Source: Pelagibacteraceae bacterium AG-422-N09 (GTDB lineage Bacteria; Pseudomonadota; Alphaproteobacteria; Pelagibacterales; AG-422-B15). Taken from it: a stretch of 64,000 bases of DNA. A program made the translations under genes and the position numbers. Shown here in pieces: positions 58,851-64,000 of the stretch (position 1 is its first letter; each line of letters begins with the position of its first letter). The notes beneath the pieces were generated by a model. That model saw only the letters and a list, made by a program, of their open reading frames with translations, did not search any database and was not told the DNA's origin. The stretch spans positions 9,071-73,070 of the forward strand of contig QCMV01000007.1 of assembly GCA_003213515.1 (NCBI GenBank), given 5' to 3'.

Positions 58851-60959
58851 CTAAAATCCACTTTCTCTGATTAATGTTGATGAAACCAAATTAAATAAAT
58901 TTTGAAAAATATTATAGTTTTCAGTCTGAATTTTTACTTTACCTGCTGTTTGCCATTGAACAGTCTCAACTTCTGTACTTGTAGAAAAATTCAGCTGGTA
59001 TAAAGCTTCTTCGGGTCGATAAATAACTTTTTCATCTCCCTTTACTTCACGTGATGCAATTGATCCACCAAAAGTAGATACTAGTGATAAGTAAGGAAGT
59101 TCTTCTGTCGATGTATTATTTTGCGAGACTAAGATAACTTCTGTTTCATCAAATTCATTATTTTTTGGAACAAAATAACCACTTGTATTACCTTCAAGTT
59201 TGTCTAAATCATTCTCACTTATAAATGCGACTACTTTTGTGTCATTGAATTGAACAATAGAAAATAATTTTTCTTTTATATTCACCCACTGTCCATTATT
59301 TAAATACTTTAGATCTTTTATTACCCCGCTCATTGGTGCATAGATTGAAAGATTTTCATTTTCCTCTTTAAGACTTTTAAGAATTTCAAATTCTACTTTC
59401 AATTGGTTTTCTAATACCATTAGGTTACTCATATCAGCTTCTGATCCAATTCGACGATCTAGTTTTTGCTGTATCATCTTTACGCGCTCAATGGCTTTAT
59501 CAACTTTGTTTGATAGAGACGGACTCATCATTGTAATTAATAAGTCACCCTTTTCGACTTGTTGATCTGAGACAACATAAATTTCTTTTATCTCAGAATC
59601 TTCTGTTGGGTAGATATCGACTACTTCACCTCGATCAATCACTGCAGGAAGGCTGAGTGAACTTCGCCATGGCATTAACATTGCTGCCAAAAATACTGAG
59701 AAAATAAAAATTGATCTCAAAGAAGTCCAATTAAAACGCATGTACCTTCTAAGTCCCCACCACTGTCTAATTTCTCTCCAAATTGGAAGTAAAATGAACC
59801 AAACAATCTCAATAATGAACAGGATTATACCAAGAATTTTGAATGTTAAATAATAAACTAATAAGGCAATCCCAATAAATATAAAGAAGCGATATATCCA
59901 TGTCATCCACGCGTAAATGATGAAAGTCCACCGTCTTCGACTCATGAGTTGTTCCGGTGGTTGGAATTTAAATCCAAAGATCCATTCTCTAATCTGCCAT
60001 CGACCTAAAGCAAAGGAACGCGGTTGAAGATTTTCCGCTTTAAGAAAATCTGAGAGCACATAGTATCCGTCAAATCTCATAAACGGGCTAATATTAATAA
60101 GAAGTGATGATATCCAGCTTGAAGTCGCAATAAAAAATGAAGCACTTTTGATAACGCCATCAGGGCTTACAGCCCAAACAAATGTAGCAAGAAGGGCAAG
60201 ATGCAATTCAGTCAGCATACCAGCAAAATTAATCAGTAAGCGTTTTCTATGATCAGTTAATTTATAAGCATCAGTTGTATCTGTGTATAAGAAGGGGAAA
60301 AAAACCAGCATTGCAAGCCCAATTGAAGAAACTTTGCATTTATAATAAGTGGCAACATATGCATGCCCAAGTTCGTGCAAGGCTTTTACAAAAACAATCG
60401 TTATACCAAACAAAATCAGTCCATTAACATTAAAGAAATAAGAAAATGTTGTTAAAAAGGTTTCATAGTTTTGGATTGTTAAAAAAATACCAATGATCCC
60501 CAAAATATAAATTATTAGTCTGCTGGTTTGCGATCCAATAAACAACGCAAAAGGTAAACTGTTTTCTAGACCATTTCCTGGTTTGAATAATGGGACTTTA
60601 AAGAACAAATAATTATGAATAATTTTTAACAGCCAATGCTTGTTAAGTTTCTCTTTTTGAACAACTAAAGATTTAACTTCATCACCTGTTTTTTTTATAG
60701 TTAAATTATTGAGATTTAGAAAACTGATAAATTCTTCAATTTCTTCTTGTGTAATAGACAAATTACTTTTTTTAATTTTTTCAATAAATTCTGTTGTCTC
60801 AATTCCACCTGACCAATTTTTAAGGAGATCAAATGCTTTTTTGTTTATTGAAAAGTATTTATTTCTTAATGAGTCATAAAGAAGCCACGATGCTGATCCG
60901 TCTTCTTTCTTTGGTCCCTCACTGAGTTTCAAATCTTGTCGGATAGACGGTACAATCAT
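58851..60959 (-). CDS. Polytopic M50 (site-2-protease-like) zinc metalloprotease fused to a C-terminal HlyD-type periplasmic domain
   Basis: HELGH at aa 195-199, NISPFMRFDGYY at aa 289-300, and multiple TM helices. The C-terminal 250 aa carry VEKGDLLITMMSP, a coiled coil, IYAPMSGVIKDL (split lipoyl/barrel-sandwich hairpin) and a beta-barrel. Confidence 0.7.
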   Translation of the reverse strand: MIVPSIRQDLKLSEGPKKEDGSASWLLYDSLRNKYFSINKKAFDLLKNWSGGIETTEFIEKIKKSNLSITQEEIEEFISFLNLNNLTIKKTGDEVKSLVVQKEKLNKHWLLKIIHNYLFFKVPLFKPGNGLENSLPFALFIGSQTSRLIIYILGIIGIFLTIQNYETFLTTFSYFFNVNGLILFGITIVFVKALHELGHAYVATYYKCKVSSIGLAMLVFFPFLYTDTTDAYKLTDHRKRLLINFAGMLTELHLALLATFVWAVSPDGVIKSASFFIATSSWISSLLINISPFMRFDGYYVLSDFLKAENLQPRSFALGRWQIREWIFGFKFQPPEQLMSRRRWTFIIYAWMTWIYRFFIFIGIALLVYYLTFKILGIILFIIEIVWFILLPIWREIRQWWGLRRYMRFNWTSLRSIFIFSVFLAAMLMPWRSSLSLPAVIDRGEVVDIYPTEDSEIKEIYVVSDQQVEKGDLLITMMSPSLSNKVDKAIERVKMIQQKLDRRIGSEADMSNLMVLENQLKVEFEILKSLKEENENLSIYAPMSGVIKDLKYLNNGQWVNIKEKLFSIVQFNDTKVVAFISENDLDKLEGNTSGYFVPKNNEFDETEVILVSQNNTSTEELPYLSLVSTFGGSIASREVKGDEKVIYRPEEALYQLNFSTSTEVETVQWQTAGKVKIQTENYNIFQNLFNLVSSTLIRESGF

Positions 60960-62297
60960 TTATATTCCTAAAAACTGTCTGCTGATATTGATTGGAACTC
61001 TGAAGATATAATAAAAAAGAGATGTCCGATCTCCGTAAATTTTTGCTGATCCTCGTAATCCAATACGCGGCGGCTCAATATTATCCTCGAGGCTAGCGTG
61101 TATTTTATAAGCTAAAATATTTTCAGCTGTTAATTCAGGTTTGTAAGATGTTCTTAATATTTTTCCTTCAATTGAGCTTAGTGGACTGCTGTCTAAAAAA
61201 ACCTTAACTCTTGCTGATTTTTCAATAAAAAGTGAGTCTTTTGTTGGTAGGTAGATTAAGAACTCAATATCATTTGAATTGGCAATCGTTAATATCTTTT
61301 CACCTATATTTACAGGACGACCTTGCCAATCAATAAAATCTTCAACAACAGCAACTCCCGAAACCTCCGCTTTTATGACAGAATATTTTAATTGTTCCTC
61401 GGCATAAGCAACTTGCTTTTTCTTCAACGCAACTTCAGTTGATAGTTCAACGAGCTTTGCTTTTGCCTCATCATTTGTAAATGAGGATTGTTTAGCCCTG
61501 AGTAATTCTGCTTCGGCGACTTCTAATTCTTGTAAGTTTATTTCGTATTGAGATTTAAAATTGAGATCGTCTAATTTTACAAGTTCCATACCAATATCAA
61601 CAGCATCATTTGTGTTAACTAATACTTTTTTCACTACACCATTCACAGGTGATGTAACAACTGACGGATTTTTAGCAATAACTTCAACCGGCGCAACAGC
61701 GGATATATTAATTGGCATAAACATTGCAAATGCGATTGCTGATAATATTAGCCACTTTAGCCAACCTGAGAAAATTCTACCAAAAAAGGATAAAATCGAT
61801 ATTCTTGATAAAAATGAGTCCAATGCATGGCTGAATGTTTCAGCAATGTGCTGCAGCAGTTCTTTTTCTGTATCTGAAACTTTAGCAGATCGTACAATTA
61901 CTAGAGAACCTAAATCACCCTTTGTTCTTGAAATTAATGGAACAACCATTAACTCGTTTGGAAAATTTTCAGGTAAGTCTAAATTTGATCCATCTTCTCT
62001 TAAATCACTAATTGAAACTTCTGAAAAGACTCCCGTTTCAACCTTCTTTTTATTTATTAATCTTTCAACAAACGTAACTGTCGGCGCTGTTCTATCAACG
62101 ACTGAAATATCCGAGATCGTTTGGACTTTCTGTCGGCCCGTAGCAGATTTAGTAAGAAAAAATAAAAAATTATAATCAACAACACTTCTTAACTCATTTG
62201 CACAAACGAAGCCGAGTTCGGATAAGCTTTCTGCAGTCCGAAATTTTTTCTCAAGAGTAATTAATCTTGCTATTTTTATTGAAGTATTATCATTCAA
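60960..62297 (-). CDS. HlyD-family membrane fusion protein with about 170-aa cytoplasmic N-terminal domain
   Basis: Single TM (WLKWLILSAIAFAMFMPI), VTSPVNGVVKKVLV...LVKLD, a coiled coil, and VIKAEVSGVAVVEDF. Its stop abuts the start of the M50 gene. Confidence 0.7.
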   Translation of the reverse strand: MNDNTSIKIARLITLEKKFRTAESLSELGFVCANELRSVVDYNFLFFLTKSATGRQKVQTISDISVVDRTAPTVTFVERLINKKKVETGVFSEVSISDLREDGSNLDLPENFPNELMVVPLISRTKGDLGSLVIVRSAKVSDTEKELLQHIAETFSHALDSFLSRISILSFFGRIFSGWLKWLILSAIAFAMFMPINISAVAPVEVIAKNPSVVTSPVNGVVKKVLVNTNDAVDIGMELVKLDDLNFKSQYEINLQELEVAEAELLRAKQSSFTNDEAKAKLVELSTEVALKKKQVAYAEEQLKYSVIKAEVSGVAVVEDFIDWQGRPVNIGEKILTIANSNDIEFLIYLPTKDSLFIEKSARVKVFLDSSPLSSIEGKILRTSYKPELTAENILAYKIHASLEDNIEPPRIGLRGSAKIYGDRTSLFYYIFRVPINISRQFLGI

Positions 62298-63013
62298 AAC
62301 GTTGCTGTCCCACTCATGCCTGGCAGTAATGTATCATAATTTTCATCAAATTTTGCAGTAATGTCGATGGTTTGGCTAACAGGATCAATATCAACGCCGA
62401 TAGTATGAATTTTGGCACTATATGTTTGACCGTTTTCATCAATGTTGATTTTCATTGGATAACCCTCATCAATCCAAGCCAACCATTTGCTTGAAACAAT
62501 CAGTTTTGCCTCAAGAATTCCTGAACCAATGATTTCAACCAATGGCTGCTGCCTTTCAATGCTCTCAAACTCATTTACAAACACTTTGGATACTTTGCCA
62601 TCGTAAGGGGCTTTAATTATACATCGATCTGTATTGAGTTTAGCAATCTGTAATTCAGCTTCTGCACGCTTTACATCGATTTCTGATAACTGAACCTCAT
62701 ATTCTCCAATGGATCTCATCAAGGCAAGGTCTTGATTGCTCTTTAGAGTTACTCTAGCACTCTCTAATTGTGCTTCAACAACTTTTCTTTGTTCTTCAAA
62801 AAATGAACAGTCAAACTTAATTAAAATATCAGACTCTTTAAATTCAGTCCCTTCATCAATTGGAATTGAATCAACTTTTGCGGCAAGTTCACTTGATAGT
62901 GTTGCTTCTTCGGTTGCAGTTACTAAAACACGTGTGGAATATTCTTCTGCTGACAAATTATAAGGCAATAATATGCAGCACGCTGTTACCGCAAATGTTA
63001 CAATTTTGTTCAT
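62294..63013 (-). CDS. Small secreted periplasmic adaptor (HlyD/RND-adaptor-like barrel-sandwich protein)
   Basis: Signal peptide, LSSELAAKVDSIPIDEGTEFKESDILIKFD, a short coiled coil, and IIKAPYDGKVSKVFV. 4-nt overlap with the next gene. Confidence 0.65.
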   Translation of the reverse strand: MNKIVTFAVTACCILLPYNLSAEEYSTRVLVTATEEATLSSELAAKVDSIPIDEGTEFKESDILIKFDCSFFEEQRKVVEAQLESARVTLKSNQDLALMRSIGEYEVQLSEIDVKRAEAELQIAKLNTDRCIIKAPYDGKVSKVFVNEFESIERQQPLVEIIGSGILEAKLIVSSKWLAWIDEGYPMKINIDENGQTYSAKIHTIGVDIDPVSQTIDITAKFDENYDTLLPGMSGTATF

Positions 63014-63024
63014 AAAGGTATTTA

Positions 63025-64000
63025 TTAACTTACTAGAGATACAATCTTTTCGCCATAGCTATCTGCTGCTTTAGCATGATGCTTTAATTGTTCATCAAGA
63101 GGAATGAAGGAAATTTCATCATTTGCTTCTGAGTTTTCTTCACCAGACTCAGTTCCTGTTATTTCATTGAGATCAATCTCAACTTCAATAACTCTTTCTT
63201 TTCCATCTTCATCTTCAGCAATTATCTTTAGTTCAAGAACTTGAAGGCTTTCCGTTAAGAATGCTGGAGCTGCTGAGCCTGTTCTACCTTTTGAAGGATC
63301 AGCTGCAATTTTTCCAGTTTCAGGATTAATTGTAATCCAATCAGGCAGTGCGCCACCACCTTTGAGCTCTGCTTTATACATTTTTACATTTGATTGATTG
63401 TCATCAATCACATCGACTGTAAATTGACCTGCATCCATTTGAAGACTGCTTAATTTCATTGTGCCTTCAAAATCTGTTTGGGCGTTCAAATTATTATTTG
63501 CTGTATTGCTAGATGAATTATTATTCTCTCTGATCAGATTTACATTTGCATCATTATCGACAACAACCCTTGTCTGATCACCAAGGCCTCTAGTAAACTC
63601 TTGGTCACCCTTAATCTTTGCTTTATCTAAGACAATATTGATATCACGCGTGTTACCATCTTTATCTAAAGCTACTAACTGAACTTCAACTTCTTCAACA
63701 CCGTCAGGCATTTCTGCAGTTGTCTCACCAGTTTCAGGATTTACCTTGATCCATTCAGGTAATGCATCACCGTTTGAAAGTTGACCAGAATACAATTCAA
63801 CATTTTTCTGGTTATCGTCATTTAATTTAACACCTACTCTTAGATCTGTATCTTCGCTGCTAGTTGTCTCATTTGCAACTGCATCCATCAATCGAAGACC
63901 ACCATTAAACTTGAGTGGTTTAGTTAGAGATGCAGTATCTGCAATTGAAATAGTATCAAGAGTGAAGCCTTCATCATCGACAACAATATTCACTTCATTA
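63025..64000 (-). CDS. 3' end of a large secreted repeat protein (cadherin/dystroglycan-type or putative-Ig repeats), open at the window edge
   Basis: No stop upstream of the track's GTG at 63993, so the frame continues past 64000. Two repeats of about 110 aa contain ALPEWIKVNPETGETTAEMP and ALPDWITINPETGKIAADP. Acidic, with no Cys. Confidence 0.6.
   Translation of the reverse strand, partial: NEVNIVVDDEGFTLDTISIADTASLTKPLKFNGGLRLMDAVANETTSSEDTDLRVGVKLNDDNQKNVELYSGQLSNGDALPEWIKVNPETGETTAEMPDGVEEVEVQLVALDKDGNTRDINIVLDKAKIKGDQEFTRGLGDQTRVVVDNDANVNLIRENNNSSSNTANNNLNAQTDFEGTMKLSSLQMDAGQFTVDVIDDNQSNVKMYKAELKGGGALPDWITINPETGKIAADPSKGRTGSAAPAFLTESLQVLELKIIAEDEDGKERVIEVEIDLNEITGTESGEENSEANDEISFIPLDEQLKHHAKAADSYGEKIVSLVS

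Noticed and set aside
61561-62175. 204-aa ORF antisense to the 445-aa HlyD-family gene
   Set aside because: It is Ser/Thr/Phe-rich low complexity with no motifs and lies fully inside a gene whose own frame shows clear MFP motifs and operon-style junctions. This is a typical antisense open frame in AT-rich DNA.

Overview
This window looks like a visibly AT-rich, tightly packed stretch of bacterial chromosome. Many genes overlap at their start and stop codons, and intergenic spacers are short. I saw no transposase, integrase, phage genes or CRISPR array. Gene content and synteny point to a streamlined marine alphaproteobacterium of the SAR11/Pelagibacterales type, but that is an inference. The supporting synteny is hisS-hisZ-hisG, murA-DUF2948-hisD, a tRNA-His without G-1, and msbA-DUF374-waaA-lpxK-lpxL. 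Most of the window is housekeeping: mscS-like, gshA, rsmE, ubiA, pmbA, the lipid A/Kdo block, xseA, purD, tadA, rsmD, lspA, ileS, ribF, groES/groEL, his genes, tRNA-His and tRNA-Phe, maf, infA, murA and dcd. Several regions stand out. (1) A Zur-type zinc-starvation island spans about 47.0-56.8 kb. It has three copies of a TGTTAT-N3-ATAACA palindrome, znuA/znuCB-zur, a Vibrio ZrgABCD-like second uptake system, DUF1826, DUF1636, a COG0523 GTPase, a WD40 protein and very long His/Asp/Glu tracts. (2) At the right end is a minus-strand operon with two HlyD-type adaptor proteins and a 702-aa M50 (site-2-protease-like) metalloprotease fused to a HlyD-like periplasmic domain. It lies directly downstream of the 3' end of a large repeat (adhesin-like) gene, with no ABC or outer-membrane partner in view. 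(3) A complete but non-canonical tRNA-like cloverleaf (anticodon GGU) abuts that operon. (4) A phosphotransferase gene is split by a frameshift in a G7 run. (5) A Rieske oxygenase/M20/M24 catabolic trio sits next to a DUF3604/beta-carbonic anhydrase pair. All functional calls come from reading motifs in the supplied translations. No database search was run.
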